59,260 bases of DNA, from assembly GCA_041288095.1 (NCBI GenBank), contig JBGGMJ010000126.1:1-59260 (forward strand), written 5' to 3'. The notes under the pieces were generated by a model. That model ran no database searches. It worked only from the letters and a program-made list of their open reading frames with translations, and was not told the origin of the DNA. The position numbers were made by a program, and so were the translations under genes. Source of the stretch: Myxococcota bacterium. GTDB taxonomy: Bacteria > Myxococcota > XYA12-FULL-58-9 > JALHOP01. Shown piece by piece: positions 10,799 through 19,954 of the stretch (position 1 is its first letter; each line of letters opens with the position of its first letter).

Positions 10799-10847
10799 GG
10801 AGCCTCCGACGAGTACGTTATAATAGACAAGCTATCGCGACCCTCTG

Positions 10848-11426
10848 CTAGCGGATGGGGCAGTAGTGCCGTCCGTGGCGGTTCACCGCACCGCTGGTGA
10901 AGAACGCTTCGAAGGCGCTGCAGGGGCGGTAGCCGCGGATCGGGTCACGGCGCCACGGTGAGTACCAGGGGCGGTGATAAACCGGCGGGCCAACGACGAC
11001 GGGCGGGCCGTAGACTGGTGGGCCGTAGATCGGCGGGCCGATCACGACCGGCGGCGCGACCACGACTGGCGGGCCGACGATCACCGGCGGATAGACCGGC
11101 GCGGGATAGACGGGATAGCCGGGCGGGGTGACGACGACGCCACCGGAGACGCCGTTGGGGCCGATGCTGATGGCGCCCGAGAAGTCGCGGGTGTTGCGAT
11201 CCTGCTGCGGGCCAAGGCGCGAGCCAGGACGCGGCGCGCTCGGAGCCTGACGGACGTCGGCTTGTGCAAGCTGGACGCGCGCGGCGCCACGCTCGGCTGG
11301 GGTGATGGGGCTCGCAAGGGCGCTCGACAGCGCGCCGCGACCAGGAAGTTGGCCGGCGCCGGGTACCGTGCCGGCGGCTTGAGACAGACGGGTGCCTTCG
11401 ATCTGCTGTGCAGCGTTCGTGCTCAT
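10848..11426 (-). CDS. Hypothetical Pro/Val-rich repeat protein
   Basis: ATG after GAGG; tandem PP[VI][VIY]xG-type repeats; no signal peptide. Confidence 0.65.
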   Translation of the reverse strand: MSTNAAQQIEGTRLSQAAGTVPGAGQLPGRGALSSALASPITPAERGAARVQLAQADVRQAPSAPRPGSRLGPQQDRNTRDFSGAISIGPNGVSGGVVVTPPGYPVYPAPVYPPVIVGPPVVVAPPVVIGPPIYGPPVYGPPVVVGPPVYHRPWYSPWRRDPIRGYRPCSAFEAFFTSGAVNRHGRHYCPIR

Positions 11427-11466
11427 GTTTGCCCTCGCGCACGGCGCTCCCGTCCGTGCCTGTCGT

Positions 11467-11493
11467 GTATCGACTCGGCGGGGCGGGGGTTGC
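11467..11493 (-). promoter_or_regulatory. sigma28-like motif GCAA-N15-GTCGATAC
   Basis: Recurrent motif 40 nt upstream of the 11426 start. Confidence 0.55.
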
Positions 11494-11634
11494 GCGAGAC
11501 AAACGTGAATTGCGCAGACTTGACGGCACGTTAGCGATCAAGTCCGTTTTAACGTAGGGGGGGCGAAAGCGCACCCTTGGTGTTAACGCAGTTATCGGAT
11601 GGGCAGGGCGTGGGGTGTGTCGAAGTGAGGGATC

Positions 11635-11812
11635 GCGGGGCTTTCGCTCCGGGCACGCCGCAGCCCGATTTGGGGTACACGCCCCATTCTGCGCAGGCCG
11701 TTGCCTGGCGATGACTCGCCGAACGAAACCCGATCCGCACGTCGCGAACCGGGATGCCGGTGGCGCCGTCGTACCCCAAATCGGACTGCGTCGTGTCCTC
11801 ACTACGCCCCGC
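11635..11812 (-). repeat. Structured element copy A (left arm of long inverted repeat; candidate ncRNA or REPIN/MITE-like unit)
   Basis: Its reverse complement is ~85% identical to 11904..12082 by manual alignment. It folds on itself: GCGGGGC/GCCCCGC ends and a CCGATTTGGGGTAC/GTACCCCAAATCGG stem. Confidence 0.85.
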
Positions 11813-11903
11813 TATGCGCTCACTTGCGGGGCTCGGCTTACCCGTCGTCTCTTTCCCTCTCACTCAAAAAGGCGGGGCGGTTTCTTGGGGAATCAGGCGG
11901 ATA

Positions 11904-12082
11904 GTAGGGCGTAGTGAGGACGTGCCGTGGTCCGATCCGGGGTACGACGGCGCCACCGGCATCCCGGTTCGCGGCGTGCGGACAGGTTTTCGCGCGGGCG
12001 AGTCATCGCCGGGCAACGGCATGCGCAGAAAGGGGCGTGTACCCCGGATCGGGCCGCGGCGCGCCCGGAGCGAGAGCCCTAC
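11904..12082 (+). repeat. Structured element copy B (right arm of long inverted repeat; candidate ncRNA or REPIN/MITE-like unit)
   Basis: GTAGGGC...GCCCTAC ends, CCGATCCGGGGTAC/GTACCCCGGATCGG stem, and internal hairpins ACCGG-catc-CCGGT and GGCGA-gtca-TCGCC. Confidence 0.85.
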
Positions 12083-12178
12083 GGTCGCCCCTTGTCGCGA
12101 ACCCCGCCCCGATCTGGACACTGGCCAATCTCTTCCATCGGCGTTAGCTTATTTGCCTTCGCTCAAAAGGAGCTTGCC

Positions 12179-13354
12179 GTGGCTTTCCCCCTGAATGCAG
12201 TCATCGCCAGCGCTGTCCGCACACCCATCGGCCGGGCCATCAAAGGCACGTTGCGGGATACGAGGCCGGATGATCTCGCGGCCGTCGCCATTGATGCGGC
12301 TATTGCTCGGGTCAAGGGGCTCAAGAAGGAGGATGTCGATGATGTCATCCTCGGCTGCGCGATGCCGGAAGGGGCGCAGGGCATGAACATCGCCCGCAAC
12401 GCCGCGCTTCTCGCCGGCCTCCCCGACACCGTCAGTGGCGAGACCATCAATCGGTTCTGCTCGAGCGGACTGCAGGCGGTCGCGCACGCGGCGCAGGCCG
12501 TGCACACGGGCATGCAGCCTGTGGTCATCGCCGGTGGCGTCGAATCGATGTCGATGGTGCCGATGCAGACGGCGCGGCTCTCGCTCAATCCGGAGCTCGT
12601 GAACCAACACCCCGAGATTTACATCTCGATGGGTAACACGGCGGAGAACGTCGCCAAGCGCTTCGATGTGTCGCGTGACGCCCAGGACCAGTTCGCCTTG
12701 CGCTCGCATCAGAAGGCCGTCGCCGCCATCAAGGCCGGCAGGTTCAAGGAGGAGATCGTCGCGGTGAAGGCCCGCCGGCTCGAAGGCAAAGACGTCACCG
12801 AGCTCATGTTCGACACCGATGAGTGTCCGCGCGGCGACACCACCATCGACGCCTTGCAGAAGCTCAAGCCCGCCTTCGCGGCCAAGGACGGTACGGTCAC
12901 CGCGGGGAATAGCTCGCCGCTCAATGACGGCGCCGCGGCGCTGGTGTTGCTGTCCGAGGCGAAGGCCAAGGAGCTGGGCATCACGGCGTTCGGTCGCATG
13001 CGCGCTTTCGCGGTCGCGGGCGTCGCGCCGGACATCATGGGCATCGGCCCCGTCCCGGCCATCCAGAAGCTGCTCAAGTCGGTCGGTTTGTCGGTGAATG
13101 ACATCGACCTCTTCGAGATCAACGAGGCGTTCGCGTCGCAGGCGATTTACTGCCAGCGCGAGCTCAAGATCCCGGACGAGAAGCTCAACGTGAACGGCGG
13201 CGGTATCGCTATTGGGCACCCGTTGGGCTGCACCGGCGCCCGCTTGACCACGACGCTGCTGCACGAGCTGCACAAGCGCAAGGGCAAGCTCGGTATCGTT
13301 TCGATGTGCGTCGGCGGCGGTATGGGTGCCGCCGGGCTCTTCGAGATCGCCTAG
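12179..13354 (+). CDS. fadA: Acetyl-CoA C-acyltransferase (3-ketoacyl-CoA thiolase)
   Basis: Motifs [45 protein letters not shown] and [12 protein letters not shown] start at 12179 after AAGGAG. Confidence 0.93.
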   Translation: MAFPLNAVIASAVRTPIGRAIKGTLRDTRPDDLAAVAIDAAIARVKGLKKEDVDDVILGCAMPEGAQGMNIARNAALLAGLPDTVSGETINRFCSSGLQAVAHAAQAVHTGMQPVVIAGGVESMSMVPMQTARLSLNPELVNQHPEIYISMGNTAENVAKRFDVSRDAQDQFALRSHQKAVAAIKAGRFKEEIVAVKARRLEGKDVTELMFDTDECPRGDTTIDALQKLKPAFAAKDGTVTAGNSSPLNDGAAALVLLSEAKAKELGITAFGRMRAFAVAGVAPDIMGIGPVPAIQKLLKSVGLSVNDIDLFEINEAFASQAIYCQRELKIPDEKLNVNGGGIAIGHPLGCTGARLTTTLLHELHKRKGKLGIVSMCVGGGMGAAGLFEIA

Positions 13355-14134
13355 CTAGTAGGTGCCAGGAAAGCCGAATGACTTGCCCAGCGCTGCTTCC
13401 ACGGCACGCTGGGTCGCCCAGAAGTGCGGCTCGCGCTCCGGGTCCATGGCGTAGTTGACGAGCACGCAGGTTGCGCGTGCATGACGCAATTCCATGATGG
13501 CGTCGAGTGGCGAGCCATCCGCGGCCGCGGCGAGCGCGCGCGCACACACCGTTTCGAAGGTGCCTTGGAACTGGTCACGCTCGTGCATCGCGGTGACGGA
13601 CGTTTGCCAATCCTGGACCTCACGAGCAATCGTCGACCAGCCCACGGGGCGGGAGTCATGAATCGTGTGGGCGACGCGACCGTCGCGTTCCGCGGCGACG
13701 ATGATCTTGGAAAGGCTCGCGCGAACCTCGCCCACGAGGTCGAACACTGGACCCAAGGCGACGGCGCGGTTGCTCGTCGCGTTGGCGTAACGGAAGGCTG
13801 CGACGACAACCTTATTCAGCTCCAGAAACAGATCGGCGTTGAAGTCGCCGGTGCCGCGTGCCGTCGCTTCGATCTTGGCCAGGATGGCGCGGGCGCGCTC
13901 GATCTTGTGGTCGACGCGTAGCGGAAACGCCTTCGCGACCACCGCTTTTTTCTGCGCCAGCCAATCGACGCCGGCGGATGCGGCAGCGCGGTCGACCTCC
14001 CAGATGTCTCGGTCCGAGACCGGCGTCTTGGTTCGCACATTGGCCTCGAGCTGGGCGATCTTGGCGCGAACTTCGGGCTCGGTGCTCGGTGGGGGCGTGA
14101 CTCTCGAGCGCGTGCAGGGGGGCGAAATCGTCAT
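13355..14134 (-). CDS. Hypothetical alpha-helical protein
   Basis: Open frame converging on fadA. Likely start is ATG 14134 ([10 protein letters not shown]...), 6 nt after a sigma28-like -10 box. Confidence 0.65.
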   Translation of the reverse strand: MTISPPCTRSRVTPPPSTEPEVRAKIAQLEANVRTKTPVSDRDIWEVDRAAASAGVDWLAQKKAVVAKAFPLRVDHKIERARAILAKIEATARGTGDFNADLFLELNKVVVAAFRYANATSNRAVALGPVFDLVGEVRASLSKIIVAAERDGRVAHTIHDSRPVGWSTIAREVQDWQTSVTAMHERDQFQGTFETVCARALAAAADGSPLDAIMELRHARATCVLVNYAMDPEREPHFWATQRAVEAALGKSFGFPGTY

Positions 14135-14140
14135 GCCGAT

Positions 14141-14167
14141 GTATCGGCAAGCGGACTCGCGCCGTGC
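14141..14167 (-). promoter_or_regulatory. sigma28-like motif GCAC-N15-GCCGATAC
   Basis: Recurrent motif; the spacing implies a leaderless transcript starting at ATG 14134. Confidence 0.55.
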
Positions 14168-14245
14168 GGTGCCGCGGCACCACCGCCAGGTGTGACCAGG
14201 GTCTCCGTTGCCAAACCAGGCGACCAAGCGTTACATGGCCGGCGC

Positions 14246-15748
14246 ATGACAGCCCCAACCCGTCCCGTTCGCGTTCGCATCGCCCCGTCCCCGACCGGCG
14301 ATCCACACGTCGGCACCGCGTACATCGCGCTCTTCAACTACGTCTTCGCCAAGAAACACGGCGGCAAGTTCATCCTGCGCATCGAAGACACCGACCAGAC
14401 CCGCTCGCGCCCCGAGTGGGAGACGATGATCCAGCAAGCGCTGCGCTGGACCGGCGTGTCGTGGGACGAGGGTCCGGACGTCGGTGGCGAGTATGGTCCG
14501 TATCGCCAGAGCGAGCGTACCGAGATCTACCGCCAGCACTGCAACGAGCTGATGGAGAAGAGCGCGGCCTATCCGTGCTTCTGCACCTCCGAGCGTCTCG
14601 AGCAGCTGCGTCGTGATCAGCTCCGCCGTAAGGTCTCGCCGGGCTACGATGGCCGCTGTCGCGGACTCGATGCCTCCGAGGTGCAGGCCAAGCTCGCCGA
14701 GAAGGTGCCTTACACCGTCCGTCTCAAGATCCCGAAAGAGGGCGCCACCACGTTCGTCGATCGCCTGCGCGGCGAGGTGACCATCGAGAATCACCAGGTC
14801 GACGACCAGGTGCTCCTCAAGAGCGACGGCTTCCCGACCTACCACCTGGCGAACGTCGTCGATGATCACCTGATGAAGATCACGCACGTCATGCGCGCCG
14901 AGGAGTGGATCACTTCCACGCCCAAGCACGTGCTGCTCTACAAGGCCTTCGGCTGGGAAGCGCCCGAGTGGATTCACATGCCGCTCCTGCGCAACCAGGA
15001 CAAATCGAAGATCTCGAAGCGCAAGAACCCGGTGAGCATCAACTTCTACAAGCAGGCGGGATTCCTGCCGGAAGCGCTGCTCAATTACCTCGCGATGATG
15101 GGCTGGACCATGCCCGACGCGCGCGAGAAGTTCACGGTTGCCGACATGATCGAGAGCTTCACGCTCGACCGCATGTCGCTCGGTGGCCCGGTCTTCGACG
15201 TCAAGAAGCTCACCTGGCTCAACGGTCTCTACATCCGCGAGATGAAGCCCGAAGACCTCGTGCGCCGTATTCGCGAGACCGTTTTGACGGACGAGAGGCT
15301 GCTCGCGGTGATGCCGCTCGTGCACGAGCGCATCGAGAAGCTCGAGGATTTCGTCGACCACTCGGTCTTCTTCTTCAACGGCGACGTGCCGTACGACGGT
15401 GAAGTCGCCGCGGCGATGATTCCCAAGGGACAGAGCGCCAAGAGCACCTCGGCCGCCCTGGAAGCCGTCCTCGAGATCATCGACGCGGTGCCGCAGATCT
15501 ACCCCGAGGCGATGGAAGCGTCGCTGCGCGCTACAGCGGACAAGATTGCCTGGAAGGCCAAGGACTTGTTCATGCCGGTGCGCATCGCGGTCACGGGCCG
15601 CAAGGCGACGCCGCCGTTGTTCACGACCATGGAAGTGCTGGGTAAGGAGCGCTGCCGCCGCCGGCTGCGCAATGCCATTGCCCTGCTCAAGCTGCAGGCG
15701 GAAGCCGAGCCCCAGGAGTCCGCGACGCAAGCTCCGGCGGCGAGCTGA
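14246..15748 (+). CDS. gltX: Glutamate--tRNA ligase
   Basis: [13 protein letters not shown] (HIGH), [25 protein letters not shown] and KISKRK (KMSKS). Confidence 0.97.
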   Translation: MTAPTRPVRVRIAPSPTGDPHVGTAYIALFNYVFAKKHGGKFILRIEDTDQTRSRPEWETMIQQALRWTGVSWDEGPDVGGEYGPYRQSERTEIYRQHCNELMEKSAAYPCFCTSERLEQLRRDQLRRKVSPGYDGRCRGLDASEVQAKLAEKVPYTVRLKIPKEGATTFVDRLRGEVTIENHQVDDQVLLKSDGFPTYHLANVVDDHLMKITHVMRAEEWITSTPKHVLLYKAFGWEAPEWIHMPLLRNQDKSKISKRKNPVSINFYKQAGFLPEALLNYLAMMGWTMPDAREKFTVADMIESFTLDRMSLGGPVFDVKKLTWLNGLYIREMKPEDLVRRIRETVLTDERLLAVMPLVHERIEKLEDFVDHSVFFFNGDVPYDGEVAAAMIPKGQSAKSTSAALEAVLEIIDAVPQIYPEAMEASLRATADKIAWKAKDLFMPVRIAVTGRKATPPLFTTMEVLGKERCRRRLRNAIALLKLQAEAEPQESATQAPAAS

Positions 15749-15752
15749 GACG

Positions 15753-16247
15753 ATGCGCTGGCTGTTGCTCGGTCTGATGCTCGTGGCCGCGTGTGGCGAC
15801 GACTATCTCCGCCGAGAGGTGCGTGTCTTGTACGCGCCCGAGAGCGCCACGGCGCTTCTCACCCTGACCGGACCCATCGTCACCTCGCGATTTCCCGACA
15901 GCGAGGCCGCGAGCACGCGAACCGATGCCTCTGTGTTCGTGATCGATCTCACGGACACCGCGCTCTCCTACCGTCAATTCATACCCATCGTGGCGACCTA
16001 CGATGAGCCATCGCTGACGGTGACCGGACCCATCGCCTCCGTGCCTTGCCGCGCCGGGGAGTATGCCTTCGTCATCCTCGACAACGTGCGCGACGCCGAG
16101 GACTCACGCATCGGTCGCTCGGGCGAGTTCGATCGCGCCTTCGAAGGCGATGGGCCCTTCGGTGAGCTACGCGCCAGCCTCGTTCAAGTGGGTGTCGAGC
16201 TGGCGAGCGTCGCGGGCGCGACACACTTTGCGGTGTCATGCCCATAA
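15753..16247 (+). CDS. Hypothetical lipoprotein
   Basis: MRWLLLGLMLVAAC lipobox; starts 4 nt after the gltX stop. Confidence 0.7.
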   Translation: MRWLLLGLMLVAACGDDYLRREVRVLYAPESATALLTLTGPIVTSRFPDSEAASTRTDASVFVIDLTDTALSYRQFIPIVATYDEPSLTVTGPIASVPCRAGEYAFVILDNVRDAEDSRIGRSGEFDRAFEGDGPFGELRASLVQVGVELASVAGATHFAVSCP

Positions 16248-17071
16248 AGCTTCTGGCGCTCGCCGCCATGCTCGCCGCTGGACCCGCAAACCCCGTGCGC
16301 CCGCTGAAGCTCAGTCGCATCCCGCACATCTCGCAGGAAGCGACCCGCCAGGAGAACGAGCCGCTCGCCGCCTACTTGTCACAGCGCCTCGGTCAGAAGG
16401 TCGTGCTCGAGATCCCCAAAGACTACGACGCGGTCATCGGCCAGCTTGCCCGCGGCGAGGTCGATATCGCCATCCTGGCGCCGCTCACCTACGTGGTCGC
16501 CAAGAAGCGTATGCCCGAGCTCCTCGTGGTGGCGCAGCTCGTCGCCGAAGGCAGCGGCCAGTACTGGAGCTACATCGTCACGGCCGCCGATGGGCCGATC
16601 AAAGCGCTCCCCGAGCTGTCGGGAAAGACGTTTGCCTTCGTCGACCGCCGCTCCACCAGCGGTTACCTCTTGCCGCTCGGCATGTTGCACGCGGCCGGCG
16701 TGAAGGTCGGCCCCGCATCGTTCGTGGGCTCGCACCCCGACGTCGTCGACCTGGTGCTCAAACACAAGGTGGATGCTGGTGCCATCGCCTCGACGACCTT
16801 TGGTCACATGCGCGACGCCAACTTGAAGGAGCGCCTGCGCATCCTCGCCAAGAGCGATCCCGTGCCGTTCGACGCGGTGGTCGTGCAGCCGAACCTGCCG
16901 AAGGCGACGGTGGCGCTATTGCGGACGACATTGCTCGAGCTCAGCACCCGTACCGACGAGGGCCGTGCCGTCCTGCAGGGGCTGACGCTCAGCAACGGCT
17001 TCGTCGAGGGAAGCGACGCGAACTACGACGGCGTGCGCAAGACGGTCGAGAGGGTCGGACTGTCTCCGTAG
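16238..17071 (+). CDS. Phosphate/phosphite/phosphonate ABC substrate-binding protein (PhnD family)
   Basis: Motifs DYDAVI..L..GEVDIA, Y.S.IV, FAFVD..STSGYL.P, GSH..V and VDAGA; signal peptide present. Confidence 0.88.
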   Translation: MPIKLLALAAMLAAGPANPVRPLKLSRIPHISQEATRQENEPLAAYLSQRLGQKVVLEIPKDYDAVIGQLARGEVDIAILAPLTYVVAKKRMPELLVVAQLVAEGSGQYWSYIVTAADGPIKALPELSGKTFAFVDRRSTSGYLLPLGMLHAAGVKVGPASFVGSHPDVVDLVLKHKVDAGAIASTTFGHMRDANLKERLRILAKSDPVPFDAVVVQPNLPKATVALLRTTLLELSTRTDEGRAVLQGLTLSNGFVEGSDANYDGVRKTVERVGLSP

Positions 17072-17106
17072 AGCGGCCCCCTGACGGCGGGACATGCGCG
17101 GCCGAG

Positions 17107-17133
17107 GCAACCTGCGCTCCGGCCCGCCGAGAT
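17107..17133 (+). promoter_or_regulatory. sigma28-like motif GCAA-N15-GCCGAGAT
   Basis: Recurrent motif 23 nt upstream of ATG 17157. Confidence 0.5.
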
Positions 17134-17156
17134 TGGCGTCGCACTCGCGAGGCATC

Positions 17157-18119
17157 ATGACATCCGCCGCTCGTTCTCTCCCGCGTCACCCGGTCTCGAC
17201 TTCATCCTTCCCGGCGCGCGGCGTGCCCACCGCCGAAGCGTTGGTTCGCCGTCACGTCCATGGCGCCGAGCTCGCTTGTCGGGAGTGGGGCCGGCCCGGT
17301 CACCCGCTGGTCCTGATGGTGCACGGCCTCAGCGCCAATGCCTTGTCAGCCGAGACCCTAGGGCGCGCGCTGGCGGCTAAGGGCTATCACGTCGTGGCGC
17401 CTGACCTGCGTGGCCGCAATTTGAGCCCCGCGACCGAGCCGGGCTCGCTCGGCTGGCGCACGCACGCCCACGACATGCTGGCCGTGGCCCGGCAAGTGAA
17501 TGGCAGCAAGCCCTTCACGGTCGTTGGTCACTCCATGGGTGCGTATGTCGCCATGGAGATGGCGGTCTTGGCGCGCCACAAGCTCGAACGCGTCGTCTTG
17601 ATCGACGGGCTCGGGCACATCGAGCCCGGCGCCTGGAAAGCGGTCGTCGCCTCGCCCGGACGTCTGGGTAAGGAGTACGCTTCGGCGGACGCGTACGTCG
17701 GCGCGCTCCTCGCGAAGGGCATCCCGCCCGCGTGGGCACGCTCGTTTCGCGAGGACCTCGTGACGCTGGCGAACGGCAAGGTGACGCCTCGTACCAATCG
17801 TGACGCCGTGCTCGAGGATCTCATGTACACGCAGCGGCAGCTGGAGCGCCCCGGCGCCTTCGCACGTCACTACTGGCGCACCCTTCCGGACGCGACGCTC
17901 CTGGTACGCGCGCCGGTGCCGCTGGTGCCGCAGCTCGGTAACATCGTGAGCGAGCGCGACGTGCGTAACTTCAAGGCGCAGCGTCCACGTGTCCGCGTCG
18001 TCGAAGCGCCCGGCACCAATCACTATTCGGTCTTCACCGATGCCGCCGTCGCCAAGATCGTCGTGGCGTTCGTGAAAAAAACTGATACCCAAACGCTGGT
18101 CGGGCAACCTTCAAGGTAG
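17157..18119 (+). CDS. Alpha/beta hydrolase
   Basis: VHG oxyanion motif, APDLRGR, GHSMG nucleophile elbow and C-terminal NHY histidine; Ser/Pro-rich N-terminal extension. Confidence 0.88.
   Translation: MTSAARSLPRHPVSTSSFPARGVPTAEALVRRHVHGAELACREWGRPGHPLVLMVHGLSANALSAETLGRALAAKGYHVVAPDLRGRNLSPATEPGSLGWRTHAHDMLAVARQVNGSKPFTVVGHSMGAYVAMEMAVLARHKLERVVLIDGLGHIEPGAWKAVVASPGRLGKEYASADAYVGALLAKGIPPAWARSFREDLVTLANGKVTPRTNRDAVLEDLMYTQRQLERPGAFARHYWRTLPDATLLVRAPVPLVPQLGNIVSERDVRNFKAQRPRVRVVEAPGTNHYSVFTDAAVAKIVVAFVKKTDTQTLVGQPSR
18082..18110 (+). promoter_or_regulatory. Putative ECF promoter CTGATACCCA-N15-ACCT (autoregulatory, cassette 1)
   Basis: Near-identical copy with the same spacing at 21757..21785. 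Confidence 0.5.
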
Positions 18120-18120
18120 G

Positions 18121-18726
18121 ATGGTCGCCGAAGAGGCGAAAGTAATGCCCACCGCGCACGCTGCCCTGGACGCGCTCGTTGCCGGGCTACAGGCCAGGGA
18201 GCGCTGGGCCGCGCAGGACCTACACGCACGCATGTTCGAGCGCGTGCGTAACTTGGTATGGAGACTCTTGGGCGCTGACCAAGACCACCACGATGTGGTC
18301 AATCAGGTCTTCCTCAATGTCCTGGGCGCCATCGGCACCTTGCGTGACCCGGCGGCCCTCGAGGGATGGGTGCTCGCTATCACGTGCAACACGGTACGCC
18401 GCGAGATTCGCGGTCGGCGGTATCGACGCTTGCTCTTCAAGCCCTTCGCGGCCGCGGACGAGCCGGTCTGTGAGATGCGCCCTGGCGCCAGCGAGCTCCT
18501 GCGCGGCTTCTATGCCGCGGCCCAGCGCCTCGCGACGGAAGAGCGGCTGGTTTTCCTCCTGCACTACGTTGACGGACAGACGCTGGCCGAGGTCGCCCAG
18601 GTGTGTGGTTGCTCTCTCGCGACCGCCAAGCGCCGGCTCGCGCGGGCGAGAACGTCGTTCATGAAGCGGTGCAAGGACTATCCAGGCTTGCGCGCCGCAA
18701 TCGGGGAGCTCCGCGATGAAAACTGA
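18121..18726 (+). CDS. ECF RNA polymerase sigma factor (cassette 1)
   Basis: Region 2 (DVVNQVFL...WVLAIT.N) and region 4 (ERLVFLLHYVDGQTLAEVAQVCGCSLATAKRRL). Confidence 0.92.
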   Translation: MVAEEAKVMPTAHAALDALVAGLQARERWAAQDLHARMFERVRNLVWRLLGADQDHHDVVNQVFLNVLGAIGTLRDPAALEGWVLAITCNTVRREIRGRRYRRLLFKPFAAADEPVCEMRPGASELLRGFYAAAQRLATEERLVFLLHYVDGQTLAEVAQVCGCSLATAKRRLARARTSFMKRCKDYPGLRAAIGELRDEN

Positions 18727-19930
18727 CGACGACGTGCTCCACCGATTGGGTGAGCAAGTACGCGCCGAGCTTGGCGCCGCGCCGGAGCGCGCGTTCCGTC
18801 ATGAAGGAGCCGTGGTCGCGCGGCGCAAGCCACGACGCTGGGTTGCGCTGAGCGCCGTCGGGCTCGCTGCGGCATGCCTGGCAGTGTTTGCGCTCGTCCC
18901 GCGCCTCACGCCTGCGCGCACGTTCTGGGTCGGCGACGTTTCGCGTCCAGGGGTCGTTGGCGCGTGGGTCGATGCTCCCGCGCAAGCGAGCCTGCCCATC
19001 GTCTTCAACGACGGTAGTCGGTTCGAGCTTGGCGCCGACACCGGCGTCCAAGTGCGCAAGGCGAGTCGTTCACGCGTGGAGCTGTCGCTGCGTCGCGGCT
19101 CCGTACGCGCCAGTGTGAAGAGCGCGCAGGCCTGCGTGTGGTCCGTCGAGGCAGGGCCCTACCTCGTCACCGTGACGGGGACGATCTTCACGACGGACTG
19201 GGACGCGAAGGAGCGAATTCTCGAGGTGACCGTGAGCTCGGGCCAAGTGCGGGTGACGGGGCACGGCTTGGACGAGGCTGGAGTCACGCTCACGGGCGGT
19301 CAGAGACTGCGGATCGGTGACCATGGCCCGATGCCGGTGGAGAGCCCACCCGCGGAACCAACCGTACCCTCTGATGCCGGCGCGAGCGACGCAGGTGAGC
19401 CGAAGTTGAATGACGGTGCGCCACAACCGGCAAAGCACGCTGGCCGCAAAGCAGCGATGCGGTCGGAGAGGTGGCTGGCGCTGGCCGACGACGGGAAGTT
19501 CGCGGACGCACACGCGGCGGCGGTGAGCGCCGGCGCCTACGCGGCGGACGAGCTCGCGCGTCAGAAGCCCGACGCCTTGCTCGTCCTCGCAAATCTCGCG
19601 CGCGGTCAACGCGACGCGGACCATGCAACACGGGCCCTCGAGACCTTGCGTCAGCGTCATCCAGGCAGCTCGGCGGCGCACCTCGCCGCCTTCTTGCTCG
19701 GTCGGATCGCCATGGATCTCAAGGATGACCCATCGCTTGCCGCGGTTTGGTTTGAAAGGTACCTCAAAGAAAATGCACAAGGCTCGGTGGCAGAAGAGGC
19801 GCTCGGCCGGCTCATGGACGTGTACGAGAGGTCGGGGCAGACGGATGCTGCGCGACGCACTGCACGCGACTACAGCGAGCGCTACCCTGACGGTTTGTTC
19901 CTCGAGCGGGCCCGAGGGCTCTTGCGATGA
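18716..19930 (+). CDS. FecR-domain anti-sigma/sensor with C-terminal TPR-like region
   Basis: Single TM helix, FecR-like segment (F.DGS...L.RG......V.AG...V.V.GT.F), Pro-rich linker, TPR-like tail (AEEALGR...Y..RYPDG). Overlaps the sigma gene. Confidence 0.85.
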   Translation: MKTDDDVLHRLGEQVRAELGAAPERAFRHEGAVVARRKPRRWVALSAVGLAAACLAVFALVPRLTPARTFWVGDVSRPGVVGAWVDAPAQASLPIVFNDGSRFELGADTGVQVRKASRSRVELSLRRGSVRASVKSAQACVWSVEAGPYLVTVTGTIFTTDWDAKERILEVTVSSGQVRVTGHGLDEAGVTLTGGQRLRIGDHGPMPVESPPAEPTVPSDAGASDAGEPKLNDGAPQPAKHAGRKAAMRSERWLALADDGKFADAHAAAVSAGAYAADELARQKPDALLVLANLARGQRDADHATRALETLRQRHPGSSAAHLAAFLLGRIAMDLKDDPSLAAVWFERYLKENAQGSVAEEALGRLMDVYERSGQTDAARRTARDYSERYPDGLFLERARGLLR

Positions 19931-19954
19931 GCGCCGCTTCGGTGGCGCGACGCC

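Noticed and set aside
11635..12082. Identification of the structured element as 6S RNA, SRP RNA or a c-di-GMP riboswitch
   Set aside because: The length fits 6S, but there is no large central A/U-rich bubble. I could not find the SRP or GEMM signature sequences, so it is left unassigned.
11549..12194. Several mutually similar ORFs on opposite strands, and a 5' extension of the thiolase ORF to 11927
   Set aside because: The similarity is a by-product of the inverted repeat, and an indel between copies breaks frame correspondence. The thiolase has a good RBS at GTG 12179.
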